64,000 bases of DNA from Gemmatimonadota bacterium (lineage in GTDB: Bacteria > Gemmatimonadota > Gemmatimonadetes > Palauibacterales > Palauibacteraceae). This document shows positions 49,664 through 60,525 of this stretch, piece by piece. Every line of letters starts with the position of its first letter. Positions within the stretch are counted from its first letter, which is position 1. The notes under the pieces were generated by a model. It saw nothing but the letters and a program-made list of their open reading frames with translations. It did no database searches and had not been told where the DNA came from. The position numbers and the translations under genes were made by a program. Where the stretch lies: NCBI GenBank assembly GCA_039588275.1, contig JBDHAC010000009.1:1-64000 (forward strand). Reading direction: 5' to 3'.

Positions 49664-51478
49664 TTGTCGTCTGTAGGAATCCACCCGCCCGGGCCCGATG
49701 GCCGGCTGCTGCTATCGGGCGCAGCCGTGCTGGCGAGCATCGTGTTGACTGCGTTCGTGGGCCCCGGAAGCCACTCTCGGACCCACACGGCTACGGTTCT
49801 CCAGGTGGTTCAACCACAACACGTCGCCCCGGATTCCGGAAGCGTTCTGGGCGGCGTACAGGCGCAGCAGCGCCGCTTCGAGCGCACCCGACGCCGGCAC
49901 TTCCCCTACGGCCTCTTGTGGACCGGCCCCTGCGACGAGCGCATCGGCCGCTTCTGCCTCTCGTATGACGAAGATGAGGACTGGGAGGCGGCCCCCGAAC
50001 ACCCGGACGTGTCGCTTGCCCGAGGCGCACTGCTGGACAGTCTGGACGCCGCGGCCGCCTCGCTACCGGGGGACGCCTGGATCCACGGACAACGCGTGCG
50101 CTACCGCATCGAGAGCGGCAGCCCACGCGAGGCGTTCGAGGTCGCGGTCTCCTGTCGACTCAAGGCGCGATGGTGGTGCCACGCGCTCGCGGGACACGCG
50201 CTCCATGCGGCGGGGGACTTCGGCGCCGCGGAGGAGTGGTTCGATCGGGCCCTCGCCAGGATGCCGACCGACGAGAGGTGTCGCTGGGCCGATCTGGAAC
50301 CGATCCTCAAGGGCAAGAACCGCGGGCGGTACACCGACGCGCCCTGCGCCGAGAGGATCGACTTCGAGCGCCACTTCTGGACTCTCGCAGATCCGCTGTG
50401 GCTGACGCCCGGGAACGAGAGACGGACCGAGCACCTCAGCCGCTGGGTGTGGGATCGTCTCCAGCGGGATGCCGATTCGGGGTACGGTCTGCGCTGGGGC
50501 CGTGATCTGCGCGAGATCGTCCTCCGGTTCGGGTGGCCGAGCGGGTGGGATGTCGGGCGCCGCAGGTACCCCGGTCTGCGGACCGAGGAGGCCATTCAGG
50601 CACACCGCTCGCCCGACGCGCAAGAGTTCACACCACGCGCGGAGTGGATTCACGACTCGGGCCCCTTGGGTTCGGATGCATGGGAGCTGGATGCGGACCG
50701 ACCTCGCGCCTCGTGGTCGCCGCCGTATGGGCGGGTTCGGGAGTTGGAGTACCAGCTCGCGCGGTTTCGGCGCGGCGACAGCGTCCTGGTCGTTGCGGCG
50801 ATCGATCCGTCGGCCATCGAATCCACGCAGGACTCCAAGGCCTCGTGCCTGCGCGAGGCGGGGCTGTTCATCGCCACCGCCGAAGGGGTTGGCCGGCGGG
50901 CGGTCACCGAGGGGCGGCACAGCTTCCGAATGATCGCGAACCTGGGGCCCCCACCGCGTCCGGGTGCCCGTCGTTTCGTGGGTGTGGAGACCCGTTGTCT
51001 GGACCATGCGGGCGCCGCTCGGGCCCGCTTCGAGCTGGATTCCCGCAGCTCGGAGCGCACGTTGCTGTCGGATCTCCTGCTGTTCCAGGAGGCGGATCGT
51101 CTTCCCGGCACGCTGGATGCAGCAGTGCAATTGGCTTTGGGGTCGCTTAAGTCGCGACCCGAGACGGTTTTGGGCGTGTTTTGGGAGTGGTACGGCCCGA
51201 TCTCGGGCTTGGAACCGGTGCAACTGACGCTGACTCTTGTCCGAGAAGGCAAGAGTTTCTGGCGAAGAGCGATCGAATGGACGGGGCTCGCGGGACGACG
51301 AACGGAATCGGTCGGGCTCAGGTGGGCGGAGCGAATCGCGGGGGATACGCCGGTGGCTCGGTCGGTGCGACTGGAGCTTCCCGACCTCCCGGAGGGCCGG
51401 TACCGCCTGATCCTGGAGGTCCGCTCGCGCCGGACCGGCGCGGTGTCTTCGTCGCGGGAGCTGGTGGTCGAGAGGTGA
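49664..51478 (+). CDS. Hypothetical exported protein (TPR-like helices, GWxTD-like segment, beta-rich C-terminus)
   Basis: 604-aa ORF with an N-terminal hydrophobic segment; ends 6 nt before the next gene; start uncertain. Confidence 0.6.
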   Translation: MSSVGIHPPGPDGRLLLSGAAVLASIVLTAFVGPGSHSRTHTATVLQVVQPQHVAPDSGSVLGGVQAQQRRFERTRRRHFPYGLLWTGPCDERIGRFCLSYDEDEDWEAAPEHPDVSLARGALLDSLDAAAASLPGDAWIHGQRVRYRIESGSPREAFEVAVSCRLKARWWCHALAGHALHAAGDFGAAEEWFDRALARMPTDERCRWADLEPILKGKNRGRYTDAPCAERIDFERHFWTLADPLWLTPGNERRTEHLSRWVWDRLQRDADSGYGLRWGRDLREIVLRFGWPSGWDVGRRRYPGLRTEEAIQAHRSPDAQEFTPRAEWIHDSGPLGSDAWELDADRPRASWSPPYGRVRELEYQLARFRRGDSVLVVAAIDPSAIESTQDSKASCLREAGLFIATAEGVGRRAVTEGRHSFRMIANLGPPPRPGARRFVGVETRCLDHAGAARARFELDSRSSERTLLSDLLLFQEADRLPGTLDAAVQLALGSLKSRPETVLGVFWEWYGPISGLEPVQLTLTLVREGKSFWRRAIEWTGLAGRRTESVGLRWAERIAGDTPVARSVRLELPDLPEGRYRLILEVRSRRTGAVSSSRELVVER

Positions 51479-51484
51479 AGCCGA

Positions 51485-54007
51485 ATGAGTGAGGTGCTGG
51501 GCTGGGTGCAGGATAACCTCTACGAGAGCGGTGCCTTCGCCGGCTTTCTGGTCGTCGTCCTGCTGCTCTTCTTTCGCGCCCGCCGCGCGTCACGCACGGC
51601 CGCCGAGCACGCCACCCAGGGAAGAGTGCTCGAACAACGACTACAGGCGATCGAGGCCGCCGGTGACGGCATCTTCCTGACCGCTGGAGGCGAGCGGTGC
51701 ATCTACGCCAACCAGGCCGCGGCCACCTTGTTCGGGTACGGGGCGCCGAACGAGATGTTCGGAAAGACCTGGCGTCCCTTGTTCGAGAAGTCCGAGGCGG
51801 AGGTCGTCCAGGCGCAGGTACTTCCCGCTCTGCGCTCTTCCGGTCGGTGGGTCGGCTCCCTGCGCGGTAGGGAGCGTGGTGGTGGCAGGATTCCGCTCGA
51901 TGTCTCTCTGACGCAGGTGGAGGGCGGGTACGTTTGGGTCGTTCGAAGCCACCAGGAGAAGTCCAGCACGAACGGCGCGGACCCGCTGGTCTACGAGTCG
52001 CTGGTGCGTCGGGCGGGCACCCCTCTGGTCCTGCTCGACCCGGATCGTCGCGTCGTCGAGTGGAACCCCGAAGCCGAGCGACTCCTGGGACAGGACCGGG
52101 GCCGCGTGCTGGGAACCGACTTTCTCGCGCAGTTCCCGCAGGACGACCAGGCGCGCGTCGCCGGCGAGCTACGCGACGTGGTCGAGACCAAGGAACGGGC
52201 GAGCTTCGAGGCGCCCGTGCTCTCCGACCCGCGCCGCGTCCTCCTCTGGAACGTGACGCCGGGGTCGGGAGACGGGGAGGGGCAACTCGTATGCGTCGCG
52301 CAGGATGCGAGCTGGGTGAAGGAAGCCGAGCGAGAGCTGGTTCGTCAGGAGAGCCTCTATCGCCTCCTGGCCAACAACAGCAGCGACCTGGTCGGGCTGC
52401 ACGATCTCGAGGGTACCTTCACGTACGTAAGCCCCTCATGCACGACTCTGCTGGGCCACGAGCCGGACGATCTGGTGGGGAAGGACCCCTACCAGTTGAG
52501 CCACACCGATGACTGGATGGATGTCCAGGCTTCTCTCGCGTCCGCGCGCTTCGGTCGACTGAACCGGACCCAGCTTCGATTCCGATCGAGCGAAGGCCAG
52601 TACGTATGGTTCGAGATGCTGGTGCGGCCCATCTACGATAACCACGGCGCCGTGGTCCAGCTGCAAACCAGCTCGCGGGACATCAGCGAGCGGAAGGCGT
52701 TCGAGGACCAGCTGGCGCATCAGGCGCTGCACGAGCCGCTGACCGGGCTTCCGAACCGGAGCCTGTTCATGGACCGCTTGCGGCACGCCCTCATCCGGGG
52801 CAAACGGACCGGTGGCAAGGTCGCCGTGATGTTCATGGACCTGGACCGGTTCAAGATCATCAACGACAGCATGGGTCACGAAGCGGGTGACCGTCTGATC
52901 GCGGCGGTGGCCCGGCGTGTCCGCGCCGTGCTGCGCGAGTCGGACACGGTGGCTCGGCTGGGAGGTGACGAGTTCGGCATCTTGCTGGAGCACAACATCT
53001 CGCAAACCGATGCCGATGTCGTCGCCGAGCGCGTCCTTCAGGAGCTCGAGCCACCCTTCACGTTCTCGGGCCAGGAGATGTACATCTCGGCCAGCCTGGG
53101 GATCGCTTTCGACAGCCCCGACATCGAGAGTCCCGAAGACCTGCTCCGATACGCGGACGTCGCCATGTATCGGGCCAAGGGTGACGGCCCCGGGAACTAT
53201 CGGATCTACGACCCGGCCGTGGACTCGGGGGCGACTGGGCGTCTGGCGATGGAGACCGACCTTCGCCTCGCCATCGAGCGCGACCAGCTGTTCGCGTTGT
53301 ATCAGCCCATCGTCTCTCTAGCCACAGGGAGGATCTCGGGCGTCGAGGCCCTCGTCCGCTGGCAGCACCCCGATCGCGGACTCGTGGGGCCCGACGAGTT
53401 CATCCCTGTCGCCGAGGAAACCGGACTCATCGTTCCGATCGGATACTTCATCGCCCGCCGGGCCTGCGATGCGCTGAAGCTGTGGCAGGGGGCGGTCGAG
53501 GACGGAAGGGAGCTCGTGGTCGCCGTCAACCTGTCGACGCGACAGTTCGAGCAGCCCGACCTGGCGAAGGAGATCCACCGCATCGTCGAGGAGACGGGGA
53601 CCCCGCCCCACTGCTTGCGCCTGGAGATCACCGAGAGCGAGCTGATGCGGGACATGGGCCGCATGGGGGAGCTCAAGGAGCTGGGTCTCCAGGTGGCGAT
53701 CGACGACTTCGGGACGGGCTACTCCTCGCTCGCCTACCTGAAGAACATCCAGGCCGACTCGCTCAAGATCGACAAGTCGTTCGTTTCGGGCCTCGGCGAG
53801 AACCCGGAGGACGAAGCCATCGTGCGAACGGTCGTGACGCTCGCCGGCTCTCTGGACCTGGACGTCACCGCCGAGGGAATCGAGACGGCGGAGCAGCTTC
53901 GACTGCTGCGTGAGATCGGGTGCGAGTCGGGCCAGGGGTATTTCTTCGCGAAGCCGCAATCCTCGGATGAGCTGCTGGCGCTCGTGCAGGAGGACCCGAC
54001 CTGGTGA
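51485..54007 (+). CDS. Membrane-anchored PAS x3-GGDEF-EAL c-di-GMP enzyme
   Basis: TM helix; three PAS-like repeats; RESD I-site, GGDEF, EAL and DDFGTGYSSL all intact. Confidence 0.93.
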   Translation: MSEVLGWVQDNLYESGAFAGFLVVVLLLFFRARRASRTAAEHATQGRVLEQRLQAIEAAGDGIFLTAGGERCIYANQAAATLFGYGAPNEMFGKTWRPLFEKSEAEVVQAQVLPALRSSGRWVGSLRGRERGGGRIPLDVSLTQVEGGYVWVVRSHQEKSSTNGADPLVYESLVRRAGTPLVLLDPDRRVVEWNPEAERLLGQDRGRVLGTDFLAQFPQDDQARVAGELRDVVETKERASFEAPVLSDPRRVLLWNVTPGSGDGEGQLVCVAQDASWVKEAERELVRQESLYRLLANNSSDLVGLHDLEGTFTYVSPSCTTLLGHEPDDLVGKDPYQLSHTDDWMDVQASLASARFGRLNRTQLRFRSSEGQYVWFEMLVRPIYDNHGAVVQLQTSSRDISERKAFEDQLAHQALHEPLTGLPNRSLFMDRLRHALIRGKRTGGKVAVMFMDLDRFKIINDSMGHEAGDRLIAAVARRVRAVLRESDTVARLGGDEFGILLEHNISQTDADVVAERVLQELEPPFTFSGQEMYISASLGIAFDSPDIESPEDLLRYADVAMYRAKGDGPGNYRIYDPAVDSGATGRLAMETDLRLAIERDQLFALYQPIVSLATGRISGVEALVRWQHPDRGLVGPDEFIPVAEETGLIVPIGYFIARRACDALKLWQGAVEDGRELVVAVNLSTRQFEQPDLAKEIHRIVEETGTPPHCLRLEITESELMRDMGRMGELKELGLQVAIDDFGTGYSSLAYLKNIQADSLKIDKSFVSGLGENPEDEAIVRTVVTLAGSLDLDVTAEGIETAEQLRLLREIGCESGQGYFFAKPQSSDELLALVQEDPTW

Positions 54008-54038
54008 GCGCCTGAGCCCACCCGCGACTCCGTCGCGT

Positions 54039-55211
54039 TCAGCCGGCGATCGCCCCGAGGATCCAGGCGCAACCCAGCGCGGCGTAGATGCCCAGGACGT
54101 ACCCGAACACGGCCATCAACAGGCCGACGGGCGCCATCGCGGGGTGGTAGACTCCGGCTACCACCGGGGCCGAGGCGGCGCCTCCCACGTTCGCCATGCT
54201 GCCGGTGGCGAAGAAGAACAGGGGGGCGCGGACGAGCCGGGCGACGAGCAGGAGGATGGCTGCGTGAATGGCGATCCAGAGCACGCCGGTGGCCAAGAAC
54301 AGCGGGGCCTCCAGCACGGCCTTCAGATCCGCCTGCGCACCGATCGCGGTCAGGAGCAGGTACAGCGCGAGATACCCCATACGCGACGCTCCCGCGGCTT
54401 CGAGCCGTCGGACGGGGGTGAAGGAGAGCGCGAGACCGACCGTCACCACGATGAGAACGGCCCAGGTCGTATGGCTGATGATCGTCGGATCCCCGAGGAC
54501 GGGCAGCGCGTCCCCGAGCGCCAGCGCCGCCACGGCCCCGGCAAACGCGACTCCACCGATCACGGCCGCGTCGCGCAACTCGAGCGGACGGCGCCCGGCG
54601 TCGTACTCGGCCATCCGTTCGTTCGCCTCCTCGATGGCGGCCGTCCGCGCGCGCGTGCGTGCGTCGAAGCGGCTCTGCCAGGCGCTGAAGAAGAGGAGCA
54701 CGCCCATCCACCCGTATCCAACGACGGTATCCACGACGATGATGGGTCCCATCATCGCGTCTGGAGTGCCGACGCTTTCAGCGATCGCGACCATGTTGGC
54801 GGTCCCGCCGATCCAGCTGCCGGAGAGCGCCGCGAGGCCCGTCCAGGCGTTCTCGGGCAGGAACGAGCCGAAGGCGAGGAAGGCGATTGGCCCCCCAACG
54901 ACGATCCCCACCGTGCCGGCGACGACCATCACGAGGGCCATCACGCCCAACCGCGCGATGCTCTTGAGGTCGATCGTGATCATCAAGAGGAGCAGCGCGA
55001 CAGGGAGGAGGTAACGCACCATCCAATCGTATGTCGGCGACGCTGCCGGTATGATGCCGACCGTGGTCGAGATCGTGGGGACGAAATAGGCGTAGATCAC
55101 GGGGGGCGTAACCCGAAACAGACGTGCGAGCCGAGGTCGTTCGCTGAGCCAGAAGATGAGCGCGAGGACGCCGGCCAGGTATCCGAACACCGCCATCGGT
55201 TCGCTCAACAT
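54039..55211 (-). CDS. DUF819 family membrane protein
   Basis: SWIGGTANM and SMANVGGAASAP re-entrant motifs; many TM helices. Confidence 0.85.
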   Translation of the reverse strand: MLSEPMAVFGYLAGVLALIFWLSERPRLARLFRVTPPVIYAYFVPTISTTVGIIPAASPTYDWMVRYLLPVALLLLMITIDLKSIARLGVMALVMVVAGTVGIVVGGPIAFLAFGSFLPENAWTGLAALSGSWIGGTANMVAIAESVGTPDAMMGPIIVVDTVVGYGWMGVLLFFSAWQSRFDARTRARTAAIEEANERMAEYDAGRRPLELRDAAVIGGVAFAGAVAALALGDALPVLGDPTIISHTTWAVLIVVTVGLALSFTPVRRLEAAGASRMGYLALYLLLTAIGAQADLKAVLEAPLFLATGVLWIAIHAAILLLVARLVRAPLFFFATGSMANVGGAASAPVVAGVYHPAMAPVGLLMAVFGYVLGIYAALGCAWILGAIAG

Positions 55212-55495
55212 GCCCAGGACCTCGGTGCGCCGCGCTCGTGGCTCATATCGATCACTCCCCGTGTACGAGAACGGACGACCCCTCGCGGCGGTCGCCCCAT
55301 CGAATCATCGGTCGACCGAACGTGCGGCCTTACCTTGGATCGGGTCAAATGCCGGCCGCCGCGAGCGGGTGTGCAACTGCCGGACTCGAAGGCGTCATCT
55401 TTATTGAAGAGGGCGTCCCGGGGCGCAGACGTGGGATGTCCAGGCGGGGCCGGCAAGGGTGATCCTTCGCTTCGTGGGAGGGGCTGGAAACGGTC

Positions 55496-56005
55496 GTGAG
55501 CGTCGATTGGGCTGAGCTGTATCGCACGACGTACGAGGACCTCTTCCGGTTTCTCCACTCCAAGGTGTGGGACGCAGAGAGAGCCCACGATCTCGCGCAG
55601 GAGACCTTCGTACGCGCGCTCCGGCACGAGCCCGACCACCCCCGAGCCTGGCTGTTCTCGGTCGCCGCCAACTTGGCGCGCGACGAGGCGAGGACGGCCG
55701 TGCGGCGCAAGCGGCACCTGGAGCTTCTGCGGAACGAGGCCGCGACCGAGCCGGCCGCCGACCCGGAGGCGACGGGTCGCATGGAGCGGGAGGAGCAATC
55801 GTTGGCCGTACGCAACGCGCTCGAGCAACTGACCGAGCGGGACCGCGACGTCCTTCTGCTGTGGAACGCCGGCCAGAGCTACACGGAGATTGCGAAGGCG
55901 ACCGGACTGTCGCCCGGTGCCATCGGCACGACCCTGGCGCGGGCCAGGAAACGGCTTGTAGAAGCCTACGACGGGCTTGAGAGAGAGAATGTCGCACGGA
56001 ACTGA
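55496..56005 (+). CDS. ECF sigma-70 factor
   Basis: AHDLAQETF, WLFSVAANL, SYTEIA...RARKRL. Confidence 0.9.
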   Translation: MSVDWAELYRTTYEDLFRFLHSKVWDAERAHDLAQETFVRALRHEPDHPRAWLFSVAANLARDEARTAVRRKRHLELLRNEAATEPAADPEATGRMEREEQSLAVRNALEQLTERDRDVLLLWNAGQSYTEIAKATGLSPGAIGTTLARARKRLVEAYDGLERENVARN

Positions 56006-57446
56006 CGGTGAATTGCACGCCTACCTCGATGGGGCGCTGGGCTCGATCGACCCGGTTCGCGCAGATCGTCTGAAGATCCATCTCGAGGGGTGCTCGGACT
56101 GCACGACACGTCTCGAGGACGCACGCGTGCTACGCGCCCGAGCCGGTGAGATTCTCGCGGACGCGCAGCCCGAGTTCGTCGAGATACCGCCCTTCGAGGC
56201 AATTCTGGAGCGTCGGGCGAAGGGAGCGGTCTCGAGCGGCACGGACGCCCCGGGAGCGGGGGACGGGTCGACACCGATCCCGTTTCGGCGGTCCCGACCG
56301 CCGCTCGCATGGGCCGCCAGCGTCGCCGTCGCGCTCGGGGCCGGTTGGCTGGGTCATGCGTTGTTGTCCGGCACGAGGGTGGGGGACATGGCGGGCTCAC
56401 CGATGGCGCAGGCCCCGGCGGTCACGGGTGCGCGCGGGCCGGAGAGCGCCGAGGCGCCGACGCCTGCCGCGAACTTCGGCCTCGTCGAGGGTGAGGTCGG
56501 AGATGTGGCGTCGGAGGCCCAAGAGCTCGCGGCCGCCGGGTCGCTCGACCGGCTCACGGTCACGGAGAGGTCGGACGACGCACCGGGCACCTCTGGACGT
56601 CAGGCCGACCCCAGGGAGCAGGATCACCTCGAGAACCGCGCCGTAGAGCCGGCCGACGAACTGGATGAAGATGCCGCGCGGGTCTCAGTCTCAGAGCTTG
56701 TGGCGGTCGTTCCCACAGGTGTGGCGCGGGGCGGGGGAGAGCGAGAGAATCAACCGCCGCCGGCCCGGCCGGCGCCGGATGCGGCAGAGCGGCGCGCGGA
56801 GCAACCGGCGGAGCAGCCCGCCGAGGAGCCGCAGCCGTCCCCTGAAGCGGCTCAGGCGCGTGAGCGTCGGGCGGCTGAGGCCGGGGAAGGAAACGAGACG
56901 CTGCGGAACGTGCAAAAGGCCGCGCAGGACGCCGAGGCCGCGCAGGATGCCCAGATCGAGTTGGCGGAGACAGGCGTGGACGCTCGGGACGAAGAAGCTC
57001 GTCGACGCTTTGCCGACGCACGGGGCGAGTACTTCCGAGATGAGTTGACGCTCGACGCCCGCCTCGTTGGAGGACAGCTGTCCTGGCTCCCGGTGTCACG
57101 CGCGCACGCCGAGCATTGGATCGGCGGTCCGGTGCTCGACGTTCCCGGTCTGGCTCCGGCCACCCTGGCCATCTCGACGCTCGGGGAGGCGCGCCTGGTC
57201 CGCGCGGTCCAAACGCTGCCCGGGGGCGAGACGCTGGAGCTCATCCAGGAGGCGCTCGCAACCGACGAGGCGGTTCAGTTGCGTGAGGCCCCCGGTGCGG
57301 CGCCCGCCGCGCCGCCCGGCTTCGAGGCGGACTTCGCGCGGGCTCCGGGCTCTCGCCTGGTCATCGAGCGCGACGGATTCCGGATCACCGCCCACGCTCA
57401 GGTGGCGGTCGACTCGCTCCGAATCCTACTTTCGAGGCTGCGTTAG
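55989..57446 (+). CDS. Zinc-finger (zf-HC2) anti-sigma factor
   Basis: H...YLDG.L...HLEGCSDC, TM helix WAASV, low-complexity extracytoplasmic tail; overlaps the sigma gene. Confidence 0.85.
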   Translation: MSHGTDGELHAYLDGALGSIDPVRADRLKIHLEGCSDCTTRLEDARVLRARAGEILADAQPEFVEIPPFEAILERRAKGAVSSGTDAPGAGDGSTPIPFRRSRPPLAWAASVAVALGAGWLGHALLSGTRVGDMAGSPMAQAPAVTGARGPESAEAPTPAANFGLVEGEVGDVASEAQELAAAGSLDRLTVTERSDDAPGTSGRQADPREQDHLENRAVEPADELDEDAARVSVSELVAVVPTGVARGGGERENQPPPARPAPDAAERRAEQPAEQPAEEPQPSPEAAQARERRAAEAGEGNETLRNVQKAAQDAEAAQDAQIELAETGVDARDEEARRRFADARGEYFRDELTLDARLVGGQLSWLPVSRAHAEHWIGGPVLDVPGLAPATLAISTLGEARLVRAVQTLPGGETLELIQEALATDEAVQLREAPGAAPAAPPGFEADFARAPGSRLVIERDGFRITAHAQVAVDSLRILLSRLR

Positions 57447-57525
57447 CGAGGCCTCCGGCACCGCGGCACGGGGTCGGCAGGCCGGCTCGAAACCTGTTAG
57501 CAGGCCTGCTGAGGGCCGTGGACCC

Positions 57526-58329
57526 ATGAAATCATCCTATGCTCCAGCGGTCGCCATCTGGTTGGGTGCGGCCACCTCGATCCTCGCCTGCGCTCCGCCC
57601 GGAGACGATTCCCCCCCCGCCTCGCCGGAGGCGGCTCTTGGGGATTCGCTCGTCGACGCCTGGATCGCGTCGGCCGGCGGCCTCGGCGCGTGGTGGGACG
57701 TCGAGAGCGCGCGTTACACGGTCACCACCGTCTGGTACGACTCCGTCGAGCAGATCCGGCGTATGCGTCCACGGCGTGTCGAGTTGCGGAAGGTGTCCGG
57801 GAGCGAGCAATCGCGCATCGAGCGCCCCGAGGCGGAAGGGCTTTATGTGCAGGTGTTCACAGGAGATACGGCATGGGCTACGCTAAACGAGGTCAGGCTC
57901 CCGGCGGACCATCCGGCGGCCGCCGAGTCCGAGTACGTGGGCCGCGACGTGTTCTACTGGTTCGGGCTGCCGTACAAGCTGCGCGACCCCGGGGTGAACC
58001 GGAGGGCTCGCCAGCTCCCGGACGGCGGCTACGAACTGACCGTCACTTTCGGCGATGAGATCGGAGCCCACCCGGGCGACCGGTACTTCTATTACTTCCT
58101 GGATGACGACCCCCAACCGGAAGAAGTCCACTACATCGAGCAGGGTCGTGGCGAAGAAGCCAGGAGCCGCACTGTATGGTCCGGCGTCGGTCGCGCTGGA
58201 GCCCTCTCCTACGTCGTGAGTCGGGTGTGGTTGGACTCGGCGGAGCGCCGCACCAAAGAGCTCAGGATCGACGACGTGACGATCAATCCCGAGCTCCCGG
58301 ACTCGCTGTTCGAGCCCCCTCGAAACTGA
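57526..58329 (+). CDS. Hypothetical lipoprotein
   Basis: Lipobox ILAC; YWFGLPYKLRDPG; LolA-like terminal FEPP. Confidence 0.7.
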   Translation: MKSSYAPAVAIWLGAATSILACAPPGDDSPPASPEAALGDSLVDAWIASAGGLGAWWDVESARYTVTTVWYDSVEQIRRMRPRRVELRKVSGSEQSRIERPEAEGLYVQVFTGDTAWATLNEVRLPADHPAAAESEYVGRDVFYWFGLPYKLRDPGVNRRARQLPDGGYELTVTFGDEIGAHPGDRYFYYFLDDDPQPEEVHYIEQGRGEEARSRTVWSGVGRAGALSYVVSRVWLDSAERRTKELRIDDVTINPELPDSLFEPPRN

Positions 58330-58454
58330 CGTCGGGCGCGGCCAAATTCTGGTTTGCCGCCCCGGCTTCGCTCGGCTAGGTTAGCGCCCGACCACGAGTT
58401 GTGCGCGTCTGGCGCGAACCGAACCGGTCTCCACCACGGAACGTGAACGCACCG

Positions 58455-59525
58455 ATGAATCCCGACATGCGACACTCTCTGGCGCGGCTCCTTGACGCTC
58501 ACGGACCCTCCGGGTTCGAGGCGCAGGCGGGTGCGGTATGGCGCAAGGAAGCCGAGAAATTCGCCGAACAGGTATGGGTTGATGTACACGGCAACTCCTT
58601 CGCGTCGATCGGGGCCGACGGGGCCCCGACCGTCATGCTCGCCGGCCATATCGACGAAATCGGACTCATGGTCCACTACATCGATGACGACGGGTACCTG
58701 TTCGTCCGCGCGGTCGGAGGGTGGGATCCGCAGGTGCTGGTGGGTCAGCGGGTGGAGGTCCTGACCCGCGAGGGACCGGTGGTCGGAGTCATCGGCAGGC
58801 GCGCCGTCCACCTGCTCAACCCGGACGAGCGCGACAAGGCCGTGAAGGTCAAAGACCTGTGGGTCGATATCGGCGCCGCCGACGGTGAAGCGGCTCGAGC
58901 GCTCGTCTCGGTGGGAGATGTGGCCGTGATACGGTCCGATACGGTCGAGCTCGGCGAGACGTGCCTGGCCGCGAGGTCCGTGGATGATCGGATCGGGGCC
59001 GTGGTCGTCCTCGAATCGCTGCGCCGCGCCGCTGAGAAAGGCACCGGGGCGCGCGTGGTGGCCGTAGCGACGACGCAGGAGGAGATCAGCATGCGCTCCG
59101 GCGGGGGCGCTCGAACGAGCAGCTTCGGTCTGGAGCCGGATGTGGCCATCGTGGTCGACGTCACCCACGCCACGGACCATCCGAACCTTGATAAAAAGGA
59201 ATACGGCGACGTACGGCTGGGAGCCGGGCCGGTGCTCAGCCGCGGGGCGGTGGTCAACGGAATCCTCCTCGAGGGACTCAGAGCGGCTGCCGAGACTGCC
59301 GCGATCCCGGTCCAGTTGTTGGCCGCGCCATCCGCGACCGGCACGGATGCGGACACGATCTTCACGAGCCGTGCCGGGGTGGCGACGGCCATCGTCTCCG
59401 TGCCGAACCGTTACATGCACAGCCCGAACCAGCTCGTGGACGTTTCTGACGTCGAGGGGGCGTCCGAGCTCATCGCGTCGTATCTGTCCGGTCTCGAGCC
59501 GGAGCAGAGCTTCATTCCCGATTGA
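58455..59525 (+). CDS. M42 family aminopeptidase
   Basis: PSGFE, GHIDEIG, DDRIG, QEE, DVT, RYMHSP. Confidence 0.92.
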   Translation: MNPDMRHSLARLLDAHGPSGFEAQAGAVWRKEAEKFAEQVWVDVHGNSFASIGADGAPTVMLAGHIDEIGLMVHYIDDDGYLFVRAVGGWDPQVLVGQRVEVLTREGPVVGVIGRRAVHLLNPDERDKAVKVKDLWVDIGAADGEAARALVSVGDVAVIRSDTVELGETCLAARSVDDRIGAVVVLESLRRAAEKGTGARVVAVATTQEEISMRSGGGARTSSFGLEPDVAIVVDVTHATDHPNLDKKEYGDVRLGAGPVLSRGAVVNGILLEGLRAAAETAAIPVQLLAAPSATGTDADTIFTSRAGVATAIVSVPNRYMHSPNQLVDVSDVEGASELIASYLSGLEPEQSFIPD

Positions 59526-59556
59526 GCGCACCCTTTGAGAACCCCCACCCACCCAA

Positions 59557-60264
59557 TTGACCGAGTCGAAGCGCGGGCGTAGGGAGCGCCCGAAAGAGGC
59601 TATCCGCAGCCGCGCGGTCGAGGATTACCTCAAGGCGGTGTACAAGCTCCAGCAGGCCGCGGCCTCGGTCTCGACCACGGCGCTCGCAGAGGAGCTCGGG
59701 AGATCGGCGGCCTCGGTCACGAACATGGTCAAGAGCCTGGCCGAGCACGGGCTCCTCGAGCACGAGCCGTATCGAGGCGTGCGACTCACGGCCAGCGGGG
59801 AGTTGACGGCGCTCCGCATCATCCGCCGACACAGGGTCCTCGAGCTGTATCTGATCGAGAAGCTCGGTTTCACGTGGGACAACGTACACGAGGAGGCGGA
59901 GCGGTTGGAGCACGCCGCCAGCGAGGCGCTGATCGACCGCATGGCACAGGCGCTCGGGGAGCCTTCGTTCGACCCGCATGGGTCGCCGATCCCGACGCGC
60001 GAGGGTGTGATCGCTGCGACAGATCGGACGTCCCTGAGCCAGGTCCAGCCAGGCGAGGGGGCGATCGTGCGCGAAGTCTCGGATGAGAGCGCGGAAGGAT
60101 TGCGGCGCCTGGCGAGGCTGGGTCTGTTTCCTGGCACGCGCCTCCGCGTGATGAGCTCGCCCTCGCCCGCTTCGGTGGTGCGGATCGAGGTCGAGGGGCG
60201 AGGCATGGAGATTGAAGAGAGTTTAGCGGATGCAGTATTCGTGGAACTGGAACCGTCGAGTTGA
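59557..60264 (+). CDS. DtxR/MntR metal-dependent regulator with FeoA domain
   Basis: EDYLKAVY, RRHRVLE, EAERLEH, DPHGSPIP, C-terminal FeoA-like domain. Confidence 0.92.
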   Translation: MTESKRGRRERPKEAIRSRAVEDYLKAVYKLQQAAASVSTTALAEELGRSAASVTNMVKSLAEHGLLEHEPYRGVRLTASGELTALRIIRRHRVLELYLIEKLGFTWDNVHEEAERLEHAASEALIDRMAQALGEPSFDPHGSPIPTREGVIAATDRTSLSQVQPGEGAIVREVSDESAEGLRRLARLGLFPGTRLRVMSSPSPASVVRIEVEGRGMEIEESLADAVFVELEPSS

Positions 60265-60267
60265 TCG

Positions 60268-60525
60268 ATGAGTGCACAGATAAGGGCCGATGGCGACACA
60301 TGGACCGCCAGGCTCGGTGATCAGCGGCCCGGCGCGGAGACGCGACCGGTGCTCTTCTTTTGTACGACGACCGACCAGCGCCCGTATCGGGTGGTCGAGG
60401 TTCCCGCGGACCGTTTCGATGGGGATGACGACCTAGATGAGCTGGCCGAGGACGAACTGCGGGACCTGTTCGCCGACTCACGCTCGATGGACTTCCCACG
60501 GGAGTATCCCAAATACACGGCGTGA
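60268..60525 (+). CDS. Hypothetical protein
   Basis: 85-aa ORF tightly coupled to both neighbours. Confidence 0.7.
   Translation: MSAQIRADGDTWTARLGDQRPGAETRPVLFFCTTTDQRPYRVVEVPADRFDGDDDLDELAEDELRDLFADSRSMDFPREYPKYTA

Noticed and set aside
56790..56840. Short EQPA-type tandem repeats in the anti-sigma factor
   Set aside because: Ordinary low-complexity linker, not an array.
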